Sequence record: LR756511.1
Direction: 5' to 3' (one strand)
Length of the DNA: 64,000 nt
A model generated the notes under the pieces. The model did no database searches, was not told where the DNA came from, and saw only the letters and a program-made list of their open reading frames with translations. Positions 47,138-55,880 of this stretch are shown here, piece by piece. A program made the translations under genes and the position numbers. Each line of letters begins with the position of its first letter. The stretch's first letter is position 1.

Positions 47138-47482
47138 TCAAAAATACTGATCGTTGTCGTATGATGCAACCTTCTCACGTACGGTTCTTTTCTTGCCATT
47201 GCAATCGCTTGGAATGGCCATCTTGCCGCCCGTAAGACGGAGATAGAAGTCGGCGGCTTCTTCGGGTGTTTCGAAGTATTCCACCAATTCCTCTTCATCT
47301 ATAATGGTCTTCTTCTCTCGATCCGTGAGAGTAAGAAAGTCAACCGTCTCGCTAGAATAGATGTAATCTACACAGTAGAATCCATCACTTGCATAGCATG
47401 ACAGGTCGCCACCCATGCCAATCTGCTGACGCTCACTCAGAAGTGTGATTATAGCGGAGCGAAGGGTTTCGGTCGGAGACAT
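47138..47482 (-). CDS. hypothetical protein
   Basis: AAGGAG RBS, 114 aa. Confidence 0.55.
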   Translation of the reverse strand: MSPTETLRSAIITLLSERQQIGMGGDLSCYASDGFYCVDYIYSSETVDFLTLTDREKKTIIDEEELVEYFETPEEAADFYLRLTGGKMAIPSDCNGKKRTVREKVASYDNDQYF

Positions 47483-47521
47483 CTTTGGCTCTCCTTAGCA
47501 GGTGAGGGACGGGACGAACAG

Positions 47522-47592
47522 AGCCGCCACCGAGAATCGAACTTGGGTCTGTACTTTACCAAAGTACCGTTCTACCATTGAACTATGGCGGC
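47522..47592 (-). tRNA. tRNA-Thr (GGU)
   Basis: GCCGCCA/TGGCGGC, GTACT-TTGGTAA-AGTAC. Confidence 0.93.
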
Positions 47593-47740
47593 TTTCACGT
47601 ATCTATTCCCTTAGATACTAAAATTTTTATCCTGTGTAAAGGTCAGTTGTTTTGTTTTCCTCGCAGTCGGTCCCAAATAATTAAAAGCAGGGCCATTCCA
47701 AAGATTCCGTAAACAATAAATCCACCACCAGTCATTTCAG

Positions 47741-47811
47741 AGCCTCCACCAAGAATCGAACTTGAGTCTACACATTACGAGTGTGTCGTCCTACCACTGA
47801 ACGATAGAGGC
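47741..47811 (-). tRNA. tRNA-Thr (CGU)
   Basis: GCCTCTA/TGGAGGC, ACACA-CTCGTAA-TGTGT. Confidence 0.93.
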
Positions 47812-48285
47812 TTACAAATCCTTCCTCATCTCGATTGAATGTCTTTTATACGAGCATTTTTCGTAAAAATTCACATTTTCTTCGCTGCAATTCAAAATAA
47901 TTTTATAACAGTTTTGAGCCTTGGCTTCGATTTCCAAGAACGTCATCAACTTCTTGCCAATGCCATTTCCCTGATAATCCTTGTGTACGGCAACATCTTC
48001 TACATGCATAACGGTGGCGCCGTTGTGCAAGAATTTCTTCTCAATAAAATACGATGCTGTGCCAACAATAAAATTGTCGGCAACGCACACAATCGTCTCA
48101 ATGTTGTTTCGCAGTCGATCTCGCATGATCTCGCCAAACTGCCGTTGGCTTAGTGAGACAGGGGATAATGCTGCGATGGTTTCAACAAATCCTTCGTTGA
48201 AATCAGACGCCAAGAGATGTCTAATTTCCAGACTGGCAAGCGACTTTAACGGCTTTTTTGGGAAAAGCCAGCAGAGTATACCCAT
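47812..48285 (-). CDS. GNAT acetyltransferase, glucosamine-6-phosphate N-acetyltransferase (GNA1)-like
   Basis: EKKFLH....HVEDVAVH..YQGNGIGKKL, CYKIILNCSE.NV.FYEKC. Confidence 0.85.
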   Translation of the reverse strand: MGILCWLFPKKPLKSLASLEIRHLLASDFNEGFVETIAALSPVSLSQRQFGEIMRDRLRNNIETIVCVADNFIVGTASYFIEKKFLHNGATVMHVEDVAVHKDYQGNGIGKKLMTFLEIEAKAQNCYKIILNCSEENVNFYEKCSYKRHSIEMRKDL

Positions 48286-48289
48286 ATCT

Positions 48290-48317
48290 ACCTTACTACA
48301 ACCTCAGCCGTTGTCAA
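48290..48317 (-). promoter_or_regulatory. phage early-type promoter TTGACA-N12-GTAG-TAAGGT
   Basis: copy of the recurrent motif, 4 nt from the GNAT ATG (likely leaderless). Confidence 0.6.
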
Positions 48318-48343
48318 ATGTTTGCACAATTTTTATGAAAAAT

Positions 48344-48700
48344 TTACAGTAGTAGCTGTGGGTAAATCCTGTTGATCTTAGGAATAGTAATCTTGTCAAA
48401 TACTGGTGGCGGTAGCTTCCTTCGACGCTCAAGTTCAGCCTCTAGAAGCGGTTGCAGCCTATTGTAAAGGTCATATAGCTGTTCACTTGAAAAACTAAAA
48501 AAGTCTTCTGATGTGACCCTTAGATAATGATGGGCGTCCTGTAGCCAAATCACTTTTTCAGTTTGCTTGAACCTTACGACCTTCCAAGGGATATGCCCCT
48601 CTTCATTATGATCCTCTAGGACTATTTCATTATCGGGGATATGCTCTTGCATACCCCAACCCTGCATAAATCCGTGAATCGTATGCCATTCGTATTGCAT
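48344..48700 (-). CDS. hypothetical protein
   Basis: start trimmed to lie downstream of tRNA-Thr(UGU). Confidence 0.5.
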   Translation of the reverse strand: MQYEWHTIHGFMQGWGMQEHIPDNEIVLEDHNEEGHIPWKVVRFKQTEKVIWLQDAHHYLRVTSEDFFSFSSEQLYDLYNRLQPLLEAELERRRKLPPPVFDKITIPKINRIYPQLLL

Positions 48701-48720
48701 TTTATTGAATTTTGAGAAAG

Positions 48721-48802
48721 AGCCGCAGGAGGGAATCGAACCCACAATGTCTTTCGACGCAGGTTTACAAAACCTGTCCCTTACCATTCGGGGCACTGCG
48801 GC
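48721..48802 (-). tRNA. tRNA-Thr (UGU) with a long (class II-like) variable arm
   Basis: GCCGCAG/CTGCGGC, CAGGT-TTTGTAA-ACCTG, variable region CGTC-GAAA-GACATT, GTGGG-TTCGATT-CCCTC. Confidence 0.85.
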
Positions 48803-48820
48803 GCGGACTAACTTATATAG

Positions 48821-49180
48821 TTACTCTATAACAAAACCGCCTTCGCTTGTAAAGCTAATTTTGTCATTTAATTCGACTCCTTCCTTCAAGGAATCAATGT
48901 CTAACGGTTCACCGACCGTTGGCGGGGCAATTTTAAATGCGGGTCTTTCAAATGGTATGCCGCCTTCCGCTATTATCCGAAGACGTTCATATTCTCTATA
49001 GCGATCATTGCCCCTCGTACGCGCCTCTTGCGCATTGATAAACTCCGAAACTTGATTTTCAATATTCATGATGAGTCTTGCGGCGGATTGTTCATCCCGT
49101 CTCATGTAGGTGTTTAATCCATCAATAAGAATGGAATCCCACCGCAAACTCAAAATAAGTTTACATATCAACTCAATCAT
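48821..49180 (-). CDS. hypothetical protein
   Basis: coupled ORF. Confidence 0.5.
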   Translation of the reverse strand: MIELICKLILSLRWDSILIDGLNTYMRRDEQSAARLIMNIENQVSEFINAQEARTRGNDRYREYERLRIIAEGGIPFERPAFKIAPPTVGEPLDIDSLKEGVELNDKISFTSEGGFVIE

Positions 49181-49385
49181 ACATCTTCTCGTAATACGCT
49201 TCCTGCGATATCTCTTCCACTATGTCAACATGGGGAAGAGACACATCAAGCAAATCACCATCTTCTACGGCATGGCGCAGCACATTGATTTTGAGTATCT
49301 TAATCGGCGTTTTGTAGTAGACATCATACTCGCAACCTTTGTGCGGTGCCACCCGTAGATACCAATATTGCATTAAACCGTCCAC
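49173..49385 (-). CDS. hypothetical protein
   Basis: coupled ORF. Confidence 0.45.
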   Translation of the reverse strand: MDGLMQYWYLRVAPHKGCEYDVYYKTPIKILKINVLRHAVEDGDLLDVSLPHVDIVEEISQEAYYEKMYD

Positions 49386-49792
49386 CTTTCGTAGCGAAGG
49401 ATTTTAATTGGCTCGCCAGTCTGACCAGCCAAAGCCTTAATCAAGTCGCCAATCGTGCGAGAAGAATCACGCACCCATTCCTGTTCCTCAAGTGGCCCAG
49501 GCAATCCAGCTACTAACTGAAAGGATATTTCCTTACACAATGCCTGAAAGCCTTCCGTCTTTGCAACAAAGTCTGTGCCGCAACCCACTTCAAACATCAC
49601 TCCAATGCGACCTGAATGCACATGAGCGTAAATGTATTTAAAGTTAACGTCCTTATCAGGCGGAACCCAACTACTCTTAATAAAGGTTTCCGCCGCCTCT
49701 ACATTGTCATCATATGCAGCCAATGCGCTCTTAATCAAACTCACAGGAGCATTAGTCCTGCTTCTTAACTCCTTAACCTTATTCATATCCAT
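49373..49792 (-). CDS. tsf: minimal translation elongation factor Ts
   Basis: VKELRSRT.A.....K.AL, YAHVHSGRIGV..EV.C.TDFVAKTE.F, LEEQ.WVRD...TIGDL....GEPIKILRYER. Confidence 0.85.
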   Translation of the reverse strand: MDMNKVKELRSRTNAPVSLIKSALAAYDDNVEAAETFIKSSWVPPDKDVNFKYIYAHVHSGRIGVMFEVGCGTDFVAKTEGFQALCKEISFQLVAGLPGPLEEQEWVRDSSRTIGDLIKALAGQTGEPIKILRYERWTV

Positions 49793-49803
49793 TGTTCACC
49801 TCA

Positions 49804-50106
49804 TTAAAAGAAATCATCATTAGAAACTTTCCTGCCCTCTTCCTTTTTCTGCTTTTTCGTTTTACGGAAAGTCTTCGCTGGTTTAGATGGCTGCGCAGCT
49901 TTAGCCTCTTCCTGAACAACTTTCCTATAAATTATATCATGCATTTTTCGATCATAAACTATCGTATTTCGCTTTTGTCGTTCTGCCGCCGAATCCGCTT
50001 CAGCTTGGACTTCTGCTAGCTTATCGCCTTCAAAGAAGTCTTTATAGCAAGTAGGGTCATTTGGATCACGTAATCCAGCCACATAACGGGGACCATCATG
50101 CTCCAT
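49804..50106 (-). CDS. hypothetical protein
   Basis: GGAG RBS, basic C-terminus. Confidence 0.5.
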   Translation of the reverse strand: MEHDGPRYVAGLRDPNDPTCYKDFFEGDKLAEVQAEADSAAERQKRNTIVYDRKMHDIIYRKVVQEEAKAAQPSKPAKTFRKTKKQKKEEGRKVSNDDFF

Positions 50107-50134
50107 TTTTAGCTCCCTTTACCCTAAATAGGGT

Positions 50135-50476
50135 ATGATAACTCGTTTGTTTAATTATTGCAAATCGCTTTTTCAGCATCCTGCAAATATGGTTGGGCAT
50201 CCTCGCTCGACCCAATGGCCTAAAGTCCGTGATGAACACTTAAAATTAGAGCCAACTTGTCAAGCGTGTGGAACTAAAAATAATTTGGCCGTACATCATA
50301 TAGTTCCTTACCATATAGACGGAAGTAAGGAACTAGACCATAAAAACCTTATAACATTATGTGAGGAACATCACTGTCATTTAGTCTTTGGACATTATGC
50401 CTCTTGGTATTCCTATAATCCACAGGTTCGTGAAGACGTGGCTAAATGGCTTGAAAGAGTGAAGAATCGCCCTTAA
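50135..50476 (+). CDS. HNH endonuclease
   Basis: CQACG....AVHHIVP........KNLITLCE; TAAATA box 4 nt before ATG. Confidence 0.8.
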   Translation: MITRLFNYCKSLFQHPANMVGHPRSTQWPKVRDEHLKLEPTCQACGTKNNLAVHHIVPYHIDGSKELDHKNLITLCEEHHCHLVFGHYASWYSYNPQVREDVAKWLERVKNRP

Positions 50477-50925
50477 AGAAAATTCTTATTGTCCCATTGA
50501 TTGTCCTCTTCACCCAGCCACGATTCGTTCGTGCGATGCTTACCAAGGCCAAGTGCGTCAAACTCGTCATGTTCGCCACGCACCACTACGCCTAGTTCCT
50601 TTAAAGCTTTGTTTATATTACCGCCATATTTATCACGGAAACGCTGTCTGGTGCCAGCCTTCCAAAGAATCGCACTTTGCTCACCAGCCCCTCCAAAATA
50701 ATCGGTTTCAACCCACGCAATAGGCGTGTGTCTGGACCTTAACTTGCCAGCAATATGCATCATAGGACGAGTGCTAACCCGTCTTACTTCCTCATATAAC
50801 TTATTACCCAGCGGCAAAAAAGCAAAACCCTGAGCTAATGGGATTATCTTCGCTGTTTTGAAAACTTTCGTTTTTTCTTTAAGATGTTCAGTCCTACAGA
50901 TAAAACCTGAGATAACGTGTGTCAT
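50473..50925 (-). CDS. hypothetical protein
   Basis: 150 aa; VETDYFGG.GEQ.A motif. Confidence 0.6.
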   Translation of the reverse strand: MTHVISGFICRTEHLKEKTKVFKTAKIIPLAQGFAFLPLGNKLYEEVRRVSTRPMMHIAGKLRSRHTPIAWVETDYFGGAGEQSAILWKAGTRQRFRDKYGGNINKALKELGVVVRGEHDEFDALGLGKHRTNESWLGEEDNQWDNKNFL

Positions 50926-51154
50926 GATTTCTCCAACTTCTCCTTAATTCGTTTGATTAGTTCATCATCTTCTAAGTAAAACGGGTCGCGCCCCGTAATG
51001 TTCCAAAGAATCTGGCCTAGTCGTTGATCGGGACACTTCTGCCAGTAAGCCCTAAGAGCATCTAGCACTTCTTCAACTCTTTTTGGGTCGCGCATGATTT
51101 TCCTCTTGCATTTCTGAAAAAACCGCTATACCATGTCCTCAAAGGAGGTGTCAA

Positions 51155-51337
51155 ATGGAATTGCAGAACATCCTCATTCAGTTGCGTTCTAAGTTGGAAA
51201 ACGATTACAGGTTCCGTCATTCGGAACTTGTAGGCCAGCAACACATTTCTCAAAGCACCGCGCCAATTCAACAATTCTTAGCTTGGCTTGAAAGCACACC
51301 TGAAGTAAAGGAAATCCTTCAAGAGATAAGTGCGTGA
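51155..51337 (+). CDS. small hypothetical protein
   Basis: GGAGG RBS and TTGCAT-N17-TACCAT sigma70-like promoter upstream. Confidence 0.5.
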   Translation: MELQNILIQLRSKLENDYRFRHSELVGQQHISQSTAPIQQFLAWLESTPEVKEILQEISA

Positions 51338-51422
51338 CTTCTCTTGTTGCATATAATCTATCGCTGCCGCTATGCAGCAAGCGGCAGAAGCTCCGTATTC
51401 GCCTTGATCGTAGTGGGGAACC

Positions 51423-51749
51423 TTACTGGTATCCAACACTACTCTTGTCGGCAAGTTCCTTGCCTTCTTCATCTACTGCACTCCAAAAATCCCAAGGCAA
51501 ACTTCCGTCTACGTCTTCAGGTCCGTAGACCCAATCCATGTCATTGTAATAATTCACTTCCAGACCCCACAAGCATACGAAAGGCTCATAGTCGTCACGC
51601 CAGGGTCTAGGATAACGACCGAATACATATCGGTATCCGTCTAAACGGCCATCATATTTAACATGACGTTGACGTGGCCGATACCGAACACCATCAATTA
51701 TAACTTCGCCGTTCCTAATAGTTCTAATAGCGAAACGTCTGTATTTCAT
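51423..51749 (-). CDS. hypothetical protein
   Basis: coupled ORF. Confidence 0.5.
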   Translation of the reverse strand: MKYRRFAIRTIRNGEVIIDGVRYRPRQRHVKYDGRLDGYRYVFGRYPRPWRDDYEPFVCLWGLEVNYYNDMDWVYGPEDVDGSLPWDFWSAVDEEGKELADKSSVGYQ

Positions 51750-51973
51750 GTTACCTTCATTTTACCACAGTCTCGACATTTCCAATAGTCACTAGCAAAG
51801 CTAGGACCGCCATATCCGCCACCATCATTCCATTCACTCACATTTTTATGTGGGCAGGCATGTTGCAAAGCTAAAAGCTCGCCCTCAATTATCTTTCGTT
51901 TTGCATCATGATCTTTTAGCTTCTTTTCCAGCTTCTCTCGTTTAGCAACAATTCGTTCTACTTCTCTAGCCAT
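51746..51973 (-). CDS. coiled-coil plus zinc-ribbon hypothetical protein
   Basis: CPHK...CRDCG. Confidence 0.55.
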   Translation of the reverse strand: MAREVERIVAKREKLEKKLKDHDAKRKIIEGELLALQHACPHKNVSEWNDGGGYGGPSFASDYWKCRDCGKMKVT

Positions 51974-52139
51974 GATAAATCACACCCCGATACACTCAGT
52001 ACAAATATCCAGAAAATAATCGAAATAATGGAGAGAAAATACTTGCATATTTCTATTGCAAACATTTTCCACCCATTTTCATGTCCGCACATGCATCCAT
52101 AAAAGATTAACTTTTCCAAAGGGCAAGTGCATTTTTCCA

Positions 52140-52472
52140 TCATTCTACCCAATAAGCACGAATGAAACCAATGACTTCTGGTGAACCTGATTTATGCACG
52201 TAGAAACCCCAAAAGGAAAAAGAATACCTTGCCTTGAAAGTATATTTTTCTTCTGGTTTCAATTCGACTACGAAGACAGTGCTTTCACCGTATCCATTAT
52301 TATATATCGCCCGTACTCTTACGGGAAAATCGTTCGTATTTTTGATGGTGCCGTCACCCCCATCCAGGCCACGGGCAGCAAAAGTGACACCAGCCGCTTC
52401 ACCTTCATAATTCCTTGGTCCATTGCAGCCAACAAGCAACACAAGAATCAATAATAGCTTTTTCATTCGCAA
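52140..52472 (-). CDS. putative lipoprotein
   Basis: MKKLLLILVLLVGC lipobox-like leader. Confidence 0.6.
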   Translation of the reverse strand: MRMKKLLLILVLLVGCNGPRNYEGEAAGVTFAARGLDGGDGTIKNTNDFPVRVRAIYNNGYGESTVFVVELKPEEKYTFKARYSFSFWGFYVHKSGSPEVIGFIRAYWVE

Positions 52473-52729
52473 CTTCCTCTTACTGCCTCGCCCCTGAAAG
52501 TATATCGGTGTTCATGGCCAATCATCGAACCATAGTGTTCATAACTAACAAACACAACACGCACCGAACAGCGAGAACGATCCCACCCTTTAACTTTATC
52601 AGCATGGCCACAATCATCAATTCCAAGCATCATAACTGTGCGATTATAAGCTTCATCACAGGCACGATCAAAGTTGGATTCGTTTCGATCAATGACGATT
52701 TTTTCACTCTTAAGGATTTTCTCTGGCAT
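52463..52729 (-). CDS. hypothetical protein
   Basis: coupled ORF. Confidence 0.5.
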   Translation of the reverse strand: MPEKILKSEKIVIDRNESNFDRACDEAYNRTVMMLGIDDCGHADKVKGWDRSRCSVRVVFVSYEHYGSMIGHEHRYTFRGEAVRGSCE

Positions 52730-52983
52730 TACAGCCGTCCTTCCTTTTTCAAGATTTCTTCAACCTTTTCAAAAATCGCATTATAATCCAACCACGTTTC
52801 TTTTCTATTCGGGTCTTTCTTAATCTTTGGAGCTTCCATTACGTAATAAGCTTTCTTGTCGCTGTAAGGAATGGACGCTGATCCATCACTATGTAACTTC
52901 AGTTTATAGCTTCCATTAACAACTTCATTCCCATCAACCAACAGAAGATTTCTAAAATCATTTTCAACTGCGAATATTTTCAT
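52729..52983 (-). CDS. hypothetical protein
   Basis: coupled ORF. Confidence 0.5.
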   Translation of the reverse strand: MKIFAVENDFRNLLLVDGNEVVNGSYKLKLHSDGSASIPYSDKKAYYVMEAPKIKKDPNRKETWLDYNAIFEKVEEILKKEGRL

Positions 52984-53371
52984 TTAGTTTTTCCATCACT
53001 CTTTGAGCAAAATAAAGAAACCTTAAATTAGTCAATTCCCCTTTACGACGAACTTTCCTGCCTTTTTTGAACGGCGTATATCCATCGCCTCCAAACTGAC
53101 AGGATGTTAAGTCTATCTCTTTGCCGTCAGGCAGTCTATTCCAGTAATGGGGAACTCCCTTTACTCGCCCTGTTACGATGTCCCCTCCTAGTACAGCTTG
53201 AACTACGGTTGCGGCGGCTCCACAATGGAGATAAAGGGGGGATCGTTTTCCTCGTTTTCGGTATCGGTCGGGCCAGCAGGCGGTTTCTGCACAGGCGGCT
53301 CTGAGCATTGCCCGTCGAAGGGCCAAAACATTTTCTTCCACTCCCAATTCATCATCCATTCCCAAGCCCAC
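52964..53371 (-). CDS. YunG-like protein
   Basis: HCGAAATVVQ..LGG.I.....GVPHYWNRLPDG.EIDLT..QF. Confidence 0.65.
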   Translation of the reverse strand: MGLGMDDELGVEENVLALRRAMLRAACAETACWPDRYRKRGKRSPLYLHCGAAATVVQAVLGGDIVTGRVKGVPHYWNRLPDGKEIDLTSCQFGGDGYTPFKKGRKVRRKGELTNLRFLYFAQRVMEKLNENIRS

Positions 53372-53568
53372 CCTTGAGTATAAGAAAAGCCTTCCTTTTC
53401 ACACTCTGGACAATACCAACCGTTATTTCTAGCAACTAAGGTGTGACTCTTTCGACCACAAGTAAACGGGTGCCCATAGCCATGCTGTTGATACTCATTC
53501 AGGCTTTTTACTTCGTCGTTTGTCCAAGAAGGTATCTGATTTGCCATTTTTCTTCCTGTATTTAACAC
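53203..53568 (-). CDS. hypothetical protein
   Basis: W...EV.SLNEYQ..G..HPFTC...GWYCP.C pattern. Confidence 0.5.
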   Translation of the reverse strand: MLNTGRKMANQIPSWTNDEVKSLNEYQQHGYGHPFTCGRKSHTLVARNNGWYCPECEKEGFSYTQGWAWEWMMNWEWKKMFWPFDGQCSEPPVQKPPAGPTDTENEENDPPFISIVEPPQP

Positions 53569-53776
53569 AGTCTTGTGCTAGCTTCCGCATTCCAGGCGAA
53601 CAATTGGGGGTCTTTCCCGCCGCCATATTCGCCAAAAGCTTATCTAAGCTCTTGACCGCTTCTCGCATAGCGTGTTCGCATTCATGTTCCTTGCATAAAG
53701 GCACATTAATACCATTGATCTTCACCGATAAAACTGTCTGTTCCCCACAGACTTTGCATTCCATTGGATAAGCCAT
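53495..53776 (-). CDS. hypothetical protein
   Basis: CKVCG, CKEHEC. Confidence 0.5.
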   Translation of the reverse strand: MAYPMECKVCGEQTVLSVKINGINVPLCKEHECEHAMREAVKSLDKLLANMAAGKTPNCSPGMRKLAQDCVKYRKKNGKSDTFLDKRRSKKPE

Positions 53777-53887
53777 CTTTCACCTCATACGCAGGCATAT
53801 AAAATATTCCGCAATCTGGACAGTAATAGGTTACAGGATTAGTGTCGCCATAATAATATCCATTCGGATGCGTGCATTGTTCATTAT

Positions 53888-54313
53888 TCATACTAAATTT
53901 CCTGATTCCTCGCCAACCTTCAAATATAACCAATTCTGAATAAGCCATACCCCAATATATGACAGCTTACCGTAAGCAATAAATCTACCAGGGGCGGCTC
54001 TATCATAGGCGTCCCACCAAGCCTTGTGTTCGCCATCTTCATAGACGTATTTGCCACCATATTCTTCGACAACTTCCTTGAATCTGGCAATTTTTGCTTC
54101 TTCAGTTTTTGGAACAGGAGTTAACCTGTCCTTCATCACCTGACACTTCTTGCAGGCAGGAGGGTTCACGATATCTGGCATGTTTCCACAAATAAGACGA
54201 AACGCTTTTTTAGGAATCTTCTTCCCGCAAAGCGTTGTTTTTTTATCTGTTGTGTAGTGCTTGTCAGAATGTTTACAATTTTCACGCATCTGCCAAGACC
54301 TAAGAAGAAACAT
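53888..54313 (-). CDS. hypothetical protein
   Basis: H......TLCG...C.KC. Confidence 0.5.
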   Translation of the reverse strand: MFLLRSWQMRENCKHSDKHYTTDKKTTLCGKKIPKKAFRLICGNMPDIVNPPACKKCQVMKDRLTPVPKTEEAKIARFKEVVEEYGGKYVYEDGEHKAWWDAYDRAAPGRFIAYGKLSYIGVWLIQNWLYLKVGEESGNLV

Positions 54314-54518
54314 ACTTTTTCCATTTCGTGTTAGGTGTTACCATACCCCAATAACGACCTTCTATCAATCTCGCGTTTCCCGTATGGTCACTAACTTCTT
54401 TGACTTCATATTGAAGAACTTCGCCCCAAACAAGAAAGAATTCACCCGTATCCGTGGTTGAAACGCGAGCTTGTTTCTCTTCGACATTGCACAAATAAGC
54501 CCGTTCGAAATCATTCAA
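54300..54518 (-). CDS. hypothetical protein
   Basis: coupled ORF. Confidence 0.45.
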   Translation of the reverse strand: MNDFERAYLCNVEEKQARVSTTDTGEFFLVWGEVLQYEVKEVSDHTGNARLIEGRYWGMVTPNTKWKKYVSS

Positions 54519-54993
54519 TTCCCTCTTCTATCAGGTCTTCGCGTAATCCCGTTAATACTTCACCAAGCCAATTCGTGCCCTTCCAGTTATTTCGATCCTC
54601 GATCCCTGGCTCACCTTCACGCATTCCAATGCCCCAAATGCAATCATAAGGACTTGCTTCAACCAGCGTTCTTCCTTTGGTTGCCAGCAACTTTTCTAAT
54701 AGATCAGAATTTTGCGTGAACTTAGCATAATTGCCTTCATAGACAACCTCTCTGGCAATTGCATTCCAGCGGTCAGCGTTAAAGCCTTTGACCTGTCGGC
54801 CTAGCTTCTTTTGGTCCCTTGGATGCTCAGCCGCCATGATTTGAGCCAGCGTGTCTTCGTCGCCAAACAGTTTGGCTTTGCTTGCCATCATATACTGTTC
54901 AGCACAGTTATACTTGATTCCATCGACTTCAAACTCAGATTCCTCCCATTGAGACAGGAACCCATGCCAGAAGAACAAAAATTGTTCACTCAT
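54511..54993 (-). CDS. NADAR (YbiA/DUF1768) family ADP-ribosyl hydrolase
   Basis: LSQW..S.F, CAEQYMMASKA.LFGD, KKLGRQV..F, KFTQN..L...LLAT, EASPYDCIWGIG, GTNWLGEVL. Confidence 0.95.
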   Translation of the reverse strand: MSEQFLFFWHGFLSQWEESEFEVDGIKYNCAEQYMMASKAKLFGDEDTLAQIMAAEHPRDQKKLGRQVKGFNADRWNAIAREVVYEGNYAKFTQNSDLLEKLLATKGRTLVEASPYDCIWGIGMREGEPGIEDRNNWKGTNWLGEVLTGLREDLIEEGIE

Positions 54994-55174
54994 CTTGTGT
55001 CCTCAAGAATTCCCTTGCTGCTTCCAAAGCCGCTTCATTATGAGCTTTACAGATAGCTCTGTTCTTTTCGTTTTGTTCCTTGTCGTTTGTCACATAGAAA
55101 TACATTAACTCAACGGGACACGTTTGCACCTTAACATTCCCTACAAATATCTCTCGTAAAGTTCCTTCTTCCAT
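54986..55174 (-). CDS. hypothetical protein
   Basis: coupled ORF. Confidence 0.45.
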   Translation of the reverse strand: MEEGTLREIFVGNVKVQTCPVELMYFYVTNDKEQNEKNRAICKAHNEAALEAAREFLRTQDE

Positions 55175-55599
55175 TGCTGATAGACTTCCTTAACCTTTGG
55201 ATTACCGAGAACCTTTGTGCCAATTTCGACAACTAAAGGATTTGGCTGATGCCAAGACATATCAAGCATCTTAATCGCTTTTTCTGGCCCTACTTTGCTA
55301 GCCGCGATTAAATACGCCATTGCGGAGCTTCGGGATATTCCCGCTCGACACGCAACAATAAGCTCGTCCTTATCCTTAGCCCATTCAATAACTTGTTTGA
55401 TTTGATCTTCAGTTGCAATTTCATAGCCAGGACGTGCCATCTCAACATCGTCAAACTTAACGCAAATACAATCCTTTGCGATAGAGGTTATAAGATGTTC
55501 TACTTCGTGTCCAAAAGTCTCACCGATTGCAACTATTGGAATATTTGGATTGTAGATAAGCGTCGAATGTGCTTCTCTACGGGACATAATTCTAATCAT
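55141..55599 (-). CDS. protein-tyrosine phosphatase-like (CX5R) protein
   Basis: VACRAGISRSSA, F.D, PNPLVV. Confidence 0.85.
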   Translation of the reverse strand: MIRIMSRREAHSTLIYNPNIPIVAIGETFGHEVEHLITSIAKDCICVKFDDVEMARPGYEIATEDQIKQVIEWAKDKDELIVACRAGISRSSAMAYLIAASKVGPEKAIKMLDMSWHQPNPLVVEIGTKVLGNPKVKEVYQQWKKELYERYL

Positions 55600-55600
55600 A

Positions 55601-55804
55601 CTACCTTCTATAATAATCTATAACATAATCAGCCATATCATCGACTGACAACAAGCAATCTTCGATATCTTCGCCTAAGCGATACAAATATTCGTCTATT
55701 ACTAAACGTTCCTTTTCCTTCTCCGTGAAAAAGGCGATCACATCAGCGTCATAACCAATATAGGTTAAAGCTCGATCTATTTTAGATAACCAAAAATTCC
55801 TCAT
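55601..55804 (-). CDS. hypothetical protein
   Basis: start MRNFW just downstream of tRNA-Ile(UAU). Confidence 0.45.
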   Translation of the reverse strand: MRNFWLSKIDRALTYIGYDADVIAFFTEKEKERLVIDEYLYRLGEDIEDCLLSVDDMADYVIDYYRR

Positions 55805-55807
55805 TAA

Positions 55808-55880
55808 TAGGCGGTTAGGGAATCGAACCCCATTATTGCTGGCATATAAGACCAGTCCCGCGCCATGCGAGTCACCGCCC
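55808..55880 (-). tRNA. tRNA-Ile (UAU)
   Basis: GGGCGGT/ACCGCCT, CTCG/CGGG D stem, CTGGT-CTTATAT-GCCAG, TGGGG-TTCGATT-CCCTA. Confidence 0.8.
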
